Assembly: GCF_009914755.1 (NCBI RefSeq)
Contig: NC_060945.1
Direction: 5' to 3' (one strand)
Source of the DNA: the human T2T-CHM13v2.0 reference genome, Homo sapiens
Length of the DNA stretch: 64,000 bases
Within the stretch, counting starts at the first letter, position 1, and the number at the start of each line of letters is the position of its first letter. A program made the position numbers and the translations under genes. Under the pieces are notes generated by a model that ran no database searches, was not told the DNA's origin, and worked only from the letters and a program-made list of their open reading frames with translations. Below are positions 39,750 to 54,999 of this stretch, one piece after another.

Positions 39750-42135
39750 TAAGATAAAATCAATAGAAAATACTAATTGGGATAGTTCATGTTGAAAAAG
39801 GAAAAATTCTGCCTATGAAAAAAATTAAAGAATTGTAAAACTTTTTGAACCTAACAAAGGGGAAATTAACATTTTTACAATTATAATAAAAAATTTAAGC
39901 ATACTTTTCCCCAAAACTAACATAAAATAAACCAAAACCCAGCAAGACAAAGAAAAATTTGCATAACATAAATAATACAGTATTTAAAAGGTAACGTATA
40001 TTCAGTTGTAACCCACTTGCAATATTTACCAAAAAAATAAAAATACAGAGGTTACAAAGCAATGCTCTCAAAGTGAAAATGAATAAAACCATTTCATGCA
40101 TACTGACTATATTTACTACTAAAGCAAAGAAATCATAAAATTCAATAACCTTTCAAGTGAAACAAACCAAATCAAAACAAAAAAATATTTTAGCAAACTG
40201 GAAGGATAATAAAACTCTTTTATTCTGATACTGCATGTTAATTGGAAGCCCATCATGAATATCATCCTTCAAACTGCTAATAAATAACATTACACACTTT
40301 CCTGCTAAAGTCAGAAAGTTATAATTTATGTTATTACTACTACTATCTATCACTATACTATAGGTCTTAGCCAATGCAATAAGAGGTTTTTTTAGAAAAT
40401 TAGATTGGAAAGACAGAATTTTAAGCTATTATGAATAGTTGTAAGAGGGAAAACTAGAGTATTTATAATAGTACCAATAAGGGAATTTAGCAATATACCC
40501 AGATTGAAATACAATGTATAAACATTAATAGCTTTTCTAAATCCTGCCAATGTAAGACAGGAACAATTATTTTCAAAATAATAACAGCAAATATAAAATA
40601 CTTAAGATTATACCTTATAACAAAGATTTCAAAATAATGAGTAAAGTGTTCACCTCATAGCAGATAAAACTCAGGAGGGTAAATTATCAGCAAATGACTT
40701 TAAAAGATACACTAAAATCTATGAAATTAAAAAATCAAAGATAACCAAAAAGTTAAGCTGAGTTCTTTGAAAAGTTTAAATTAATAATGCAAAAATGAGG
40801 TAACACTGATATAGAAAAAATAAGAGAATGCTTAAATAAAATACTAAGAATGAGAAAGAGATATAGCTAGAGATGGAATAGACATTTTAAAATCACAAGA
40901 GACTATTTTGACTTCTAAAGAGAAAATTGTAGAAGTTTACTCAATAGCATAATCACTCCTGAATAAATGAAGAGAGATCGTTGCGGATGAGAAGTCTCGA
41001 CATGTTTTTTTTTCTTATTTAATATAAAAATTCTTTGCAATGTAAATCAATATCCAATAGGATTTTATAGCATTTTGTAGGCTGATTATAAATTTCATGT
41101 AAAAGATACATTTTCAGGAATAGATAATAGCTGTCTGAAGATGAACAGAAAGGAAAACATGTCCTACCAGATGTAAAATCTTAAAAAGCATATGTCTTAA
41201 AGAACTGCAATGTTGACATAGGATAGGCAACAAAATCTGTAAAACTAAATGTAACATTCAGAAGGGGACCTGTAGGAATAATTGAATATTTAGAAAAAAA
41301 TGACATTTCAAATCAGCGAAGAAAAGAAAAACAACTCAATAAATGGTCTTAGAGTTTTGGGATAAATATTTAGAAAGATAAGTTAAATTTCATTTTACAG
41401 TCATCACAAAAAATAAATTCTAGATTAATCCAATAAACATAAAAGAAAGTTCTACAGGGTTATAAGAAAATATAGCACAATGCTTTCTTTGGTGCAATGT
41501 GGGGCAGTTAGGTAAATAAGACAACAAAGCCAAATTTATAAATAAAAATATTGATGCATTAACTAAATCAAAATTAATAGCAGGAGTTCCATTGCTAAAT
41601 GATATTTAAATGTCACTAGTAAAGCTAAATGGTAAGCAAACACAGAGAAAATATTTGTAATTTTTATGATGCTAAAGCATCGAAAGCAGTACTTTTCAAA
41701 CTCTCCATGGTGGAGGGCCAACTTTTTTTTCTATTTTTAATCTTTTATGGGCCAATACATTTATATAATACAATAAAAATGAATTACCAGAAAAATAAAA
41801 TTAAAAGAACATATAACATGTAAGTCCTTTTCTTACATGAGATTGAATAGTAATAAAATTACTCAGTCCACCTACTTTCAATTTCTCTGCCTACCTTGTA
41901 GTGGACCAGCAATAACCCATCGGTGGAGCAACACAGATCCACTGAAGACACCATGAGCTAAGCGGATCATAAGATGTCCCACAAATCAGTATGAAAATGG
42001 CAAAAAATCAAACACAAAAACACGTAATTTTTACTTCATCTTATGCTCTGGGGAGAAAATTGCACACATGCAGCAAGAGATACTCATAAGGATATCCATA
42101 TCATGATTGTTTATAAAAGCAAGAAATTGAAGGAA
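39750..42135 (+). mobile_element. Fragmented old L1M ORF2/3' sequence
   Basis: ggtcttagccaatgcaataagag; ctaccagatgtaaaatctt; tcaataaatggt; aaaataaattctagat. Confidence 0.6.
41687..41963. mobile_element. hAT-Charlie family non-autonomous DNA transposon
   Basis: cagtacttttcaaactctccatggtggagggcc...aatacaataaaaatgaattac...gtggacc. Confidence 0.6.
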
Positions 42136-42139
42136 AAAG

Positions 42140-42820
42140 TCCATCTCCTAATCCTTGCTCTAAAAAACACTTCAGTATTTAACTCTGCTGTCACTTTCCT
42201 GGTCTAAGTGAGCTCCTGAAATAACCTAACTCTAACGCTAACCCTTACATAAATGTCTGCTGCTCTTCCACCATCCAGTCTTTCCCTACGCATTAGCTAG
42301 AGTCTTCTCTCAGCATGTAAACAGGATGCCTCACACTCTCCTGAAAACCTTCAGTGGTTTCATTTTACACTGACATTAAAATTCAAATTATTTACAACTC
42401 CTTGTGTCTTCTGGCCTCTGCCTGCCTCTTACATTTGATCTTTAAGCCATGCTTTCCTTTACTAACTATTCCCCATATACACTGACCTTTCAGTTTCTGC
42501 TCTGAAATTCTGTTCCTCGCATTTTATCCTGGCTAGTTCCTTCACATGCTTTTGTCCTCAAACTCAAATGTCATTGCTTTATATTGCTTTCCATTGACCC
42601 AACCAATCCAAATTAGGCATATCTCTACAGCCTGCTTTTCTTTATAAAACTCAGTTCTTTTCTACATTCGGTTTTGTGCTTCTTCTGCCTCCCATACTAA
42701 CTACACTGGGGGCTACAAAAAAGTAGAGAGTGACTTCTCTATTCCCATAACCTGGCTCAGTGGTCAGCAGCTAGCAGGTGCTCAATATGTATTAATTAAT
42801 TAAATAATTGAGTAAATGAG
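42140..42820 (+). mobile_element. L2 3' portion
   Basis: Pyrimidine-rich L2 motifs ending gcaggtgctcaatatgtattaattaat. Confidence 0.7.
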
Positions 42821-43494
42821 AAACGGAGGTTAAGAGAGGAGCTCAAAGCTAAGAAAAGAAGAAAGGGATTGTGAGAGGAGAGAATAAAGACAAAATAATG
42901 AAGAAAAGAAAAGAAAAGAAAAATTGTGTTGAATTTGAAAAATAAAAACAATAAAGATAAATTTGGAAAAATTATAGTACTCGACTTAGTTAACAGCAAT
43001 GAAAATATTTTGTAGATAAATATGTCATGTCATAATTCCATAACTGCCCTTCTTTCAGAATTATAAAGACAAGATAGCATCCTAAAATCTTTTTTCTAAA
43101 TATATAACTATTCCTACTATATCATACATCAATACATTATTTAAATACAAAAAAATTGATTTATTTGCATCGTACTTTCTCACAGTAGAATAAATGGAAT
43201 TTTACATTCTCTAGGAACTTTTTTGAACCACTCAAAGAATTTCACTTTCTTGGATGTGAGGTGAGACCAGGTGGTTCCTGAGTAGATTTAAAAAAATGCT
43301 AGAAAAGAATAAAAAGAGAGAAGAAACCAGAAACTTGAGTTTGTAATTTACTTGTGAAATGATATAAATAATGGTAATGTGCCCTGTTGTTCCCGCAGGC
43401 ACCATTTGGAGCCTGAGAATGGAGACCCAAATAATTGTTCTTTGTGGGCACATAAAGTGAGTTTTTCTTCCTTACCCGTCTTTTTGTTGTGTAT

Positions 43495-44003
43495 CTATCA
43501 GTCAGTGTTCAGTTGCAGGTAAAGAAAAGAATCTACTCTAGCTAGTTTAAACAGAAAGGGTTTATTTAAGGGCATTAAATATCACACAGGATCATTAGGA
43601 GAACTAAAGATCCTAATTCTTGTTTGAGTTTTCAGGAATCATTCATGAGGCTACATTGCAAAATTGGGCTATCAAGGGAGCTACAGTTCCTGCCACAGTC
43701 CTGTAAAAGGAGAAAACTGCATGTGAAATCAGAAAAATGTTGCTACAACCTTTTATCAATTCCAGAACCACATTGCATTTATCATGGATACCATGGATTT
43801 GATACCCTGACTCCCTAGTCACATGACTGTGTGAAATAAAAATTTTGTGCTGGTTCATCTTATCAAAAGACTATAAATCATATCTAGAACACTAGCCACA
43901 ATAATGTCGAGGAAATGTTGTTTGTTGTTTATTTTTGTTTGTTTCATACGCTAAAAGGGTGTTGGAATGCCTGTTGAGCAAGTCATTTATAGTACCTGTC
44001 ATA
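43495..44003 (-). mobile_element. Old MLT1 MaLR LTR
   Basis: tatcagtcagtgttcagttgcagg..actctagctagtttaaacagaaagggtttatt. Confidence 0.6.
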
Positions 44004-44261
44004 TACAGGATGTGCACCTGTTCCTTTCTACCAGTTAAGTGAGAATAGATATGTGAATTAAGATAGTAACAGTGAGGATATGGAAATTCTAAGAGATATT
44101 TAATATGTTTCTGTTTGGGCTAATAAGAAAATGTAGGTATTATTTTAGAGATTCAGGTGGATCCTATATATCGTTATTGAACTACGTTATTGATTAAAAT
44201 ACCAATAATTTCTTGGATTTTTACAGAAAATATGAAGCTTCTAACAAGTTAGTTTAAAATA

Positions 44262-44465
44262 ATTAAGCCTTGACTCTATTGATGCTTTGAGTCAGATAAT
44301 TCTTTCTTGTAGGAGGCTACCCTGAGTATTGTGTGTAGGTATTTAGCAGCACAAATGGCCTCTACCTACTAAATGTCTATACCACGTCTTTTCTTCAGAT
44401 GTGACAATAAAAAATGTCCCAGATGTTGCCAAGTGCATGATTGTGTCCAGGTTTGAGTCACTAGT
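44262..44465. mobile_element. MER20 hAT-Charlie
   Basis: gataattctttcttgtaggag..tttagcagc..ggcctctacctactaaatg..gtgacaataaaaaatgtcccagatgttgccaa. Confidence 0.8.
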
Positions 44466-44593
44466 TTAGATGATCACATAAGGGGAAGAGTCCAAATCTT
44501 GCTTTTAAAAAATAGAAACGAAAAATAACAACTTCCAGAATACATAACTATTTCTTTTATTATAATTTTCTGTTTTTCAATTTTAGAAGTATA

Positions 44594-44909
44594 TTTTCTG
44601 TTTTTTTTGTTTGTTTGTTTTGTTTTTTGAGACGGAGTTTTGCTCTTATTGCCCAGGCTGGTGTGCAATGGTGCGACCTTGGCTCACTGCAACCTCTGCC
44701 TCCAGATACAAGCTATTCTCTTGCTTCAGCCTCCCGAGTAACTGGGATTACAAATGTCCGCAACCTCACTTGGCTAATTTTTTGTATGTTTAGTAGAGAC
44801 AGGGTTTCACCATGTTGGCCAGGTTGGTCTTGAACTCCTGAATTCAGGCGGTCCACCCACCTCGGCCTGTCAAAGGCTGGGATTACAGGTGTAGCCACCA
44901 CGTCCGGCC
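44594..44909 (-). mobile_element. AluS (Sp/Sq-like)
   Basis: Antisense Alu; TSD tagaagtata 44584-44593 and 44910-44919. Confidence 0.92.
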
Positions 44910-44912
44910 TAG

Positions 44913-45230
<318 letters not shown>

Positions 45231-45722
45231 TGGATATCCTATTTTCTATACGTTTAAAAATTATATAATTTTTATATTTCGTTAATATTTTTAATTTATT
45301 GCATTTTCCCATTTTTATTGCTTAATTTCATTTTTAATATTCATTACTTAATTTCAGCAGGTTTTATAATTTCAAGAAACTAAAATTATCACTTACTTGT
45401 AAATATACCCCACTTTCTCACAAAAATAAATCTAGAAATCTAGACATTAGAAAAACATGGTGAAACACTTATTCTATTTCTCACAAATGTGGGAAAAATA
45501 TTTATTCATTAATATCACCTTTGCTGTAGTAGTGACAATGAGGTAAATTGTATTTCTAATTCCATCTTCTGTTGTTAGTTCCAAGTCAGGATCTTTCTCT
45601 ATCCTTAAAAAACTGAGATTGAGGCTCTCAAAGTTTTCTGCCTCAAATTCCTTTAATTAGTGATAATGGCCCCAGATGGCTGGGTATTTTTCGTGGAATG
45701 AGGGGGTTTCGAAACAAGTTTC

Positions 45723-46034
45723 AGTCAGGTGCAGTGGCTCACGTCTGTACTCCCAGCACTTTAGGATGCTGAGGTGGGCAGATCACTTGAGCTCAGGAGT
45801 TGAAGACTAGCCAGGGCAACATAGGGAGATCCCGTTTCTGCAAAAACTAATAATAATAAAAAGCCCGGAGTAGTGGTTCCTGCCTGTACTGCCAGCTACT
45901 CAGGAGGCTAAGGTCGGAGAATTGCTTGCCCAGGGAGGTCTAGGCTGCGGTGAGCCGTGATCACGCCACTGCCCTTCAGCCAGAGCAACAGAGTGAGACT
46001 CTGTCTCAAGAAAAAAAGGAAGAGAAAGAATGAA
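45723..46034 (+). mobile_element. AluJ
   Basis: Sense Alu; TSD-like cgaaacaag on both sides. Confidence 0.9.
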
Positions 46035-46054
46035 CGAAACAAGCTCCTCCATGA

Positions 46055-46225
46055 AAGGGTTTTCAGTTTCTCGACTGTGGTTGCATGTGACAGTGTCTTC
46101 AATATCACATACTAATGTCTAGAACTCATCCATAGAGAATTTGATTTAATATGCCTGAGTGGGGCTGGCCATAGGTATTATTTTAGACCTCTCTGGATGA
46201 GTCTAATAATTGAGAAACATTGCTG
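46055..46225. mobile_element. MER5-type hAT MITE
   Basis: agagaatttgatttaatatgcctgagtggggctggccataggtatt..gagaaacattgct. Confidence 0.55.
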
Positions 46226-48274
46226 GAAGGAAATACTGTTCAACTATGATCAAGCTATATATAGTTTTTGAAAAACTCTCAGATAATTTTCATATATCAT
46301 TTTTAAATGGACATGTTCTTAACAGTTACAAAGCACATCCTGAAAATTAATTATTCATGATCCAAGAGTCAGTTTCTCTCTCTCTCTCTCTCTTTTGCTC
46401 ATTCTTTCTCTCTCTCTCCCTGCTTCCTCTGCTTCACCTCAGAAACGCTTAACAGGTACCTCCCAATGCAGAGTTGGGAAGATTTTGTGTGGAATAGGAT
46501 GCTTTCTTTAACATTAGAACTAAATCTGGAAAAACGATGTCCAGTGTCATTTTCAACTGGAAATTTTCTGAAAGAATATGGAGCCAACAGACAAACCTGT
46601 GGTGAGGAAGATAGCTTTACGTGAGTCTTCCCATTCACAAATCCATCCAAGACACTGCATTCTTTCTGCCTTACTAGCTTATGTAGCCTAGACAGTAAAG
46701 GTCACTCTGAGAGCCCAACTTTACTAGCTGCTATGCCAGCTCCCAATCCCATTTTATGTTTGCTCCAGATTACAAAACTACTTCCTTGCAGCGTTGTATG
46801 ACTACAAAAATTTGGTTAATATTTCTGCATCTTTTATCTCATCCATAAGATGAAGTAAATAGACTTGAGAGGCTTTAAAATCTACTCTTGCTCCAATAAT
46901 TTATTTCCTTCTTTGCAAGACATTTGGCAAAGTGTTTAATTACTGTTAGGAGCTTTAAAACTCCAACGGTATATTTTAAATTAAATAAAAATGTTTTGGA
47001 TATTTCTTTGTTTTCAGTCAATCATGAACCCTCCTCTTCTCTTTCTCTTCTGTTTTTTCTTGGCATTTCCTCTTCTGAGATCGATAAGGTGATAGATTAT
47101 TATCTTTCTATAGACAGAAATTGATGGGCTAAGTGTGAAGCACAGAAGATAGGGAATAACAAATTAAGTAATAGAGAAAAGAGAGAGGAGGAAGTGAGAT
47201 CATAGATCCAAATGCTCATGACTTTTAAAGATGGGAACCTGTGATAATGAGGTGTCAGCAAGGTAAACTAGGTAAGTACTAAACTTAGAGGATTCTGGTT
47301 ACATCGATCGGCCTTGTAGTTTGTAAGTATATTGCATACTTTCTACCAGTCCCCAACCACAGAAGGCTGCCACATACTCTCCTTCTCCTTTGACAACTCC
47401 CCTTAGGCCTTCTCCTCCTACAGAGAGTCATGAGTTATAACCCCAAAGCCCCTGCACAGACGTCTCTCACCCCCACTGTGGGCAGGTGCCATCATTCAAA
47501 ATATACACAGATTCCATGGAGAAAACATATTATGACAGCATCACAATCGATCTCCTTACTCCTCAAGAAGTTATATCCAAGTGACCTATATTCATGTACA
47601 AATTAGGTCAGATGGGAAAATGAAAAGTAGTTACAATAAATCACACAGTAAACACAGGAGTTCATAAATAAATAAAACCCGTGATAGGAAACTCAGAGTT
47701 GAAATAAGAATGCCTAATAAATGAAAAAGAAAAGAATAAAAGTTACAATCATAATATAATATAAAACTTTGGGAAAACTGGTGTGAAAAATTTTTTAATA
47801 TCTGTAAATATACCTTTGCCCTGGATAAACTAAATGAGGGAGGTTGCAAAGGGTAACTAAGTGACAGATATTACCTAAATTTAGGGATTGAATAATTCTG
47901 TATTGACTGAATCTTTAAAAAGTAAAGTAATAGCAATAGTAAAAAAAAAAAAGAAAGAAAGAAAGTAATAGTAGTATAGCAAAAAAAGTTCCAATGTGTA
48001 CAAGCAAAAAAAAAAAATCCCTTATTTTAGCCTTTCTTAGTTTCCAGTAGTAACCACTGTTACAAACTGTTGTGATTATATATAAACACACAGACACACA
48101 TATGTATATACACACATATATATTTCAAATATGTTTATATTTCACATATAGTTATAAATATAGAGCTATATTTGCATGTATAAATGCTCATATACTTTTG
48201 ACACAAATGGGTTCAAATTTTACATCTTTATGCACATTCCCCTATTTATTTTTCCACTAGTTACAGTCCTACTT

Positions 48275-48495
48275 CCTGGTGCTAGGCTTGGCTCCAACAC
48301 TTAATACTTGCATGATCTTAAAATGTGCTTGTTGCTCAAATTCTCTGTGCCTCAGTTTCTCAATAAACAATGGAGATAATAGTAATACTTGACACTTAAA
48401 GTTGCTATTAAGATTAAATGTACTACATTACAAGTCTTAGAATAGTGTTCAAACATCAGAAGTGCTGTGGAACTGTTAGCTTTTATTTTTATTGT
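48275..48495 (+). mobile_element. MIR SINE
   Basis: ctctgtgcctcagtttctcaataaacaatggagataatagta. Confidence 0.8.
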
Positions 48496-48523
48496 CATCA
48501 TCAATATCATCTTCATCATTATA

Positions 48524-49274
<751 letters not shown>

Positions 49275-50063
49275 TAAAACTTTTTATTTGTATTACCACT
49301 GATCAAGCAGTACTGAAGACACTGCAACTTGTGGATGGTGGTGTATGGATAGCCTGTACTGTGTTGTACCGTTTGGTGTTAAAACTTTCACTGGTGATGA
49401 ACGGGATGTGATACCTGTGAAAGGTGATGCACCACCTAGTGCAATTTCTCTTGGTTGTGTGATATATGAGAAAAATGGTAATTACAAGGTTAATGAAACT
49501 GGGTGACTACTGTTGATTTCCACTGAGTAGTTTAGAGAGATGAATATAGCTTAGCATGATTAATCAACCATTCAAGGCAGAGTGTGAATGACTACGAGTA
49601 GCTTGTAAGTGGCTACATTTAAGAAAACCCTAATCTCCTGTAGCTGGAAGGCAGGGAGAATAAAAGACCACTCTCAGGGCTTAAGTAAAAGTGGAACTTC
49701 AGAGAAAGTTGATGTCTTAGTCCCAGAAGATCTCCTACACCAAGGAATTTATCTTCTAGTTCTGGAAGGAATGGGACTTGAGAATTGTAATGGTGACATC
49801 TAAATGGGTACATTTGAGAATCTTAAACACCCAAATTCCCTTAACCTTTCTGGGTTTGCCAAAGCAGCCTCCTCCTCCCTGTTAGTTGACAACAGTGCTC
49901 CCTTTTCTTCCTCTCACCTGCCGCACTGACTTGAGATCATGCAGAAGTCTCATATAAATCAGAGACATTATAAGACAATGCTTACTCCTTCAGAATATCC
50001 TAACATCCATACCTCTAATAAGGACCAAATTCCAGCACAGTCTAGTTAGGGAGTCATCATGCA

Positions 50064-50244
50064 TTCTCTTCTTTCTTCTTTCTTCTTTCTTCTTCCTTCT
50101 TCCTTCTTCCTTCTTCCTTCTTCCTTCTTCCTTCTTCCTTCTTCTTCTTCTTCTTCTTCTTCTTCTTCTCCTCCTCCTCCTCCTCCTTCTCCTTCTCCTC
50201 CTCCTCCTCCTTCTTCTTCTTATTTTCTTTTCTTTTTCTTTTTT
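50064..50244. repeat. Polypyrimidine compound microsatellite (TTCTTCC)7(TTC)10(TCC)6...; expanded Alu tail
   Basis: No purine from 50064 to 50221. Confidence 0.97.
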
Positions 50245-50525
50245 GACAGAATCTCACTTTTTTCACCCAGGCTAAAGTGGAGTGGCACGATTTTGGCTCA
50301 CTTCAGTCTTGACCGCCTGGACTCAAGTGATCCTCCCGCCTCAACCCCTAAGTAACTGGGACTACAGATGTGTGCCACCACTCCTGGCTAATTTTTGTAT
50401 TTTTTTGTAGAAAGGGGGTTTCGCCATGTTGCCCAGGCTGGTCTCAAACTCCTGATCTCAATTGATCCACCAACCTCGGCCTCCCAAAGTACTAGGATGT
50501 CAGGCATGAGCCACTGCACCCGGCC
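50245..50525 (-). mobile_element. AluJ nested in ERVL
   Basis: Antisense Alu body; TSD remnant cattct 50062-50067 and 50527-50532. Confidence 0.9.
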
Positions 50526-52479
50526 ACATTCTAAGGAAGATAAGAACACTGTACTGAAGTTGCTGAAAGATCTGGCTAATATGTTTTGGTAGGAGTAGGT
50601 ATGTAACTGGGTCCTGAGGGTTCTGGATCAAAGGGGCAAAAAATAAAGTTGAAGATGAAAGAAACACGTATGAATATAGGTCCAGTCTATAGATCTTAAT
50701 ACCATGTCAAGCACCACTGGAGATGGTCTTTGCTAGGAAGGTCTTTGAAAGCTAGGAGAAAGTAATGATTCATAAAAATGGGGGAAAATGCTAGAAAATA
50801 TTATGACAAATAGAGAAGGAGGGGGTCAAAAGACAAAAACAGAGCATGCTATTATAGAACGGATACTATCTAAGGTCAGAAAACTCTACAGACCACAATG
50901 TTCATTGGAATGGTCCAGAGGATACTTCATTTATTACAGCAATAGGGATTGTGCTGATGAGAGGGATAGTGGCATTGCTGAGAAGCTGAGTGGTGGGGAT
51001 CACCTGTAGGTCAGGGTAAAAGGAGGAGAAGCTGTCACAGAACTAAACTTCCTGATAATAATGAAGATAACAGGATTGTGAAAAACCAGTGTTAGGGCAG
51101 TGCCATGAACTGTCAGAAGCATGGCGCATGCAATCATTGCATTAAGTGAGAAGATTGAAATAGTAGCCAGGGGGGCTGATCAGCAAAGCTATGAATATGG
51201 CAAATGAAACATAGTATCCCTAGAAATACTGACAAGAAATACATGCTTAGGTTTTGTTTAAGGAATCAAAACTATATGTATGTTCAGGAGCTGGTGGGTG
51301 GAAGCCCCAACAAAAATCATGATCTCTTATCAAAGCCACAGTGCATAGAACACGACAGCAAACATATTCAGTAGTAATTTCTTCCATCTTTCCCAAAAGG
51401 GACCTATGGCCATTTGCTCAGGCAATCATGTAAATTAAGTCTGAATTGACATTGGTATTCAGGGACCCAAGCACCACTATTGCACCCTGTAAAGAGTAGG
51501 GGTGTGGGAGGTGCCAGATGATAACTAAAATATTGGCCCATATGAGGATTAAGTGATCCACTGGGTCCACAGACTTGTCCAGTGATAATTTGCCCAGTCC
51601 CTGAATGCATAATTGGAATAGACATACTGATTATTAGCAAAACCTGCACACTGGTTACTTGATCTGTGAAATAACTCTCTTAAGAAAGACAACTGGAAAC
51701 TTCTAAAAGTGTGACACTTCTTTTCAAAACAATACAACATTACAGAGGAAATTCAGAAATTAGTGCTACCCTCAAAAACTTAAAGAATGCAACTTGTGGC
51801 TCCTTTCATACCACAATTTAATTCACCAGATTGACTCTTTAAAAAAAAAAACAACAACAACAAAAGATGAACCGTAACAGATGACCATGGATTATTGAAA
51901 ACTGACCCAAGGAGTACTCCAATTTTCAGCCTCTGCCATATTGTTGATAGAGCAGATTAACATAGACTCTAGCTACAGAATGTGGCCATTGACTGCACCT
52001 GCATTCTTTTCTATCCCAATAAAGAAGGAGATCAAGAAGAAGATCATTTTCATGTAGGATGAACAACAGTACACATTTTCTGTCTTGGCCAAGAGCAATA
52101 TTAATTTTCCCTCCCTCTGACATAATATAGTCTGAAAGAACTAGACCATCAAGGGCATCTAGCAGAATATCACACAGGTCCACTAAATAGATGACATCAT
52201 GCTAGTCAAACCAAGTGAGACAAAACTGGCAAGTACATTGGAAACATTAAGACATACGTGCCAGAGAGGACAGGAGATAAACCCTCCTAAGATGCAGGGG
52301 CCCTCCACACCAGTAAAGAAGTTTTTAGGATTCCAGAGGACTGGAAAATGCCAAGACATTCTCTCTAAAGTAAAAAATAAATGATTTTCTCTTAAAACTT
52401 CTACCACTCAGAAGCAACACGATAATTGACAGGCCTCTTTGGAGTCTTTGGAATATAAAAGAAGTAAATTTAACAATTT

Positions 52480-52540
52480 AGAATACTGTTTCAATACTAA
52501 AAAAAGAAATAAAAATAAAACAAAAGAATACTGTTTCAAT
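52480..52540 (+). mobile_element. Poly(A)-only retrotransposition scar with 16-bp TSD
   Basis: agaatactgtttcaat at 52480-52495 and 52525-52540 flanking a 29-bp A-rich insert. Confidence 0.8.
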
Positions 52541-52647
52541 CCATTTACTGGATGACATAGAAGCCTGCTGGTATTGCGTGGACTCATCCTAATACAGATA
52601 CAGAAAGGAGTCTGTATCTGTATTAGGTGTTCTTGCTTTGCTAATGT

Positions 52648-52764
52648 GAGATATATATACATATATCTGATATATATATCTGGCTCATATATATCAGATA
52701 TTATAGATATAGATAGATAGAGATATAGATATAGATACAGATATATAGATATAGATATATATCA
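52648..52764. repeat. (TA)n/(ATAG)n low-complexity tract with a 15-bp inverted repeat
   Basis: atatctgatatatat 52663-52677 / atatatatcagatat 52687-52701. Confidence 0.9.
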
Positions 52765-52766
52765 GA

Positions 52767-53144
<378 letters not shown>

Positions 53145-53611
53145 CTACTTGGCTTCTGGGGAGGTCTTAGGAAACTTACAATCATGGCAGAAGGCGAAGG
53201 GAAAGCAAGCACATCACATGGTGAAAGCAGAATCAAAAGTGAGGGAGGAAGGTGCCATGCAATTTCAGCAACTAGATCTCAAAAGAACTCATTCACTGTC
53301 ATGAGAATAGCACCATGAGGATGGAGTTAAACTATTTATGAGAAATCTGTCCTCATAATCCAATCACCTCCCACCAGGCCCCACCTCCAACATTGGGGAT
53401 TACAATTCAACATGAGATTTGGGCGAGACACACATCCAAACTGTATCAGCATCAGACCAAGACTGCAGTTCAAACAGCCCTTCCACTTGGAACACATTAA
53501 CTAGAAGACCATGGTACTAGAGGTTATCTGTGGTGGAAAAAAAAATCTGTCATATGAAGTTTACATCCAGCTTTTATAGAAAATCACAATCATATGCTCT
53601 GTAAAACCCAC

Positions 53612-53946
53612 CGCTATGGTCTGAATATGTTGCCCCAAAATTCATGTTGAAATCCTAACCCCAAGATGATGGTATTAGGAGTTGGAGCCTTTTAGAAGGT
53701 GATTAGGTCACAAGAGTGGGGTTGTCATGAATGAAATTAGTACCGTTATGAAACAGGCCCAGGAGGCTTATTCATCCTTTCCATCATGTGAGGGCACAGT
53801 GAGAAGTCACTATCTATAAAGTAGGAAATGGGCTGTCTCCAGACACTGAATCTGGACATTCCAGAACAGGGAGAAATAATTTTCTGTTGTTTATAAACCA
53901 TTCAGTTAATGGTATTTTGTTATAGTAGCTCAAATGGACTAAGACA
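53612..53946 (+). mobile_element. MLT1A/MLT1A0 MaLR solo LTR nested in ERVL
   Basis: gctatggtctgaatatgttgccccaaaattcatgttgaaatcctaacccc...ggactaagaca. Confidence 0.85.
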
Positions 53947-54999
53947 TACACCAAGTAATAAGACAGATAAGACTTTGTAACATTGATAAATCAGAGATTG
54001 GGCAAAAAGAAAGCCAAAGGGCATGAATAAAGTGTGAAAAGAGGAATAAACAATGTAAGAATACACATTCATGGGCAGTGGTTCATCTGATTTTTTCAGG
54101 GTCTTGAAAAGAGACAAATTGTAAGACTGGGGACAAGAAGTTCTGATGAAGTGGTAAGAGACTGCGTAAAAGAGGAAATTACGTGTGAATACTTTTATGC
54201 CATTTGTCAATTCTTTCCAGAGAGCATCTACTATTAAAGACTCTAAAGAATCAAGTGGACAATATATGTCATTACCAGTTTACATCAGCCAATCCCTGTT
54301 ATCAGCCACTGTGTTTAAACAATAGGTGTATGAACAAGTGGCCAAGACAGCATAGAGGGTATGCATAGACCCCATGCGATGGGCTCCCCTAAACAATTCT
54401 ATCTTATCTAGCTACTGTCCCTGCTGAATACCCAATGTGCCAGCAACAGAGACCAAAGCTGAGTCTCCGTATTATTGGATGGCTGAGACCACCCAATCAT
54501 CTACTTTATGGCAAGTTGACTACCCTGGAAGCAACAGAAAATCACCGTGCCTTGTATTGACAAACATTTTTTATTACATGTTTATTTTTTCTCCTCAGAG
54601 GGCTACATTTAATATGAGTTTTGAGGACTTCCAGAGTATTTAGCCACCAAAATGGGACCCCATATAGCATTGCCCAGAGTTTAAAAAATAAAAAATACTG
54701 CATTAGAATAAAAGTGGTGTATAAATAGACACACAGCTGTGGGGTCTACTTATTCTGTCACACATTGCACAACCCAGAATTTGTCAATCTGATAGTCTGG
54801 CATGTTTGCTTCTTTAAAACACAGCTAAGATTCCATCTGTAAGTTGATACTCTCTACCTGAAAAACCCTCATCCTGGATCAACCTTATTACTTTCATATT
54901 TAGCATTTGCAATTAAGCTGTGGAAAGACAGTGCAGAATAGGACAATTTTGTTTCATTATAAATTCACAATCACCATAGAAAAGGAACTCTTAAGATAG

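Noticed and set aside
50057-50355. Lys/Glu-rich (-) and Ser/Pro-rich (+) ORFs
   Set aside because: Translations of the TTC/TCC microsatellite and the adjacent Alu.
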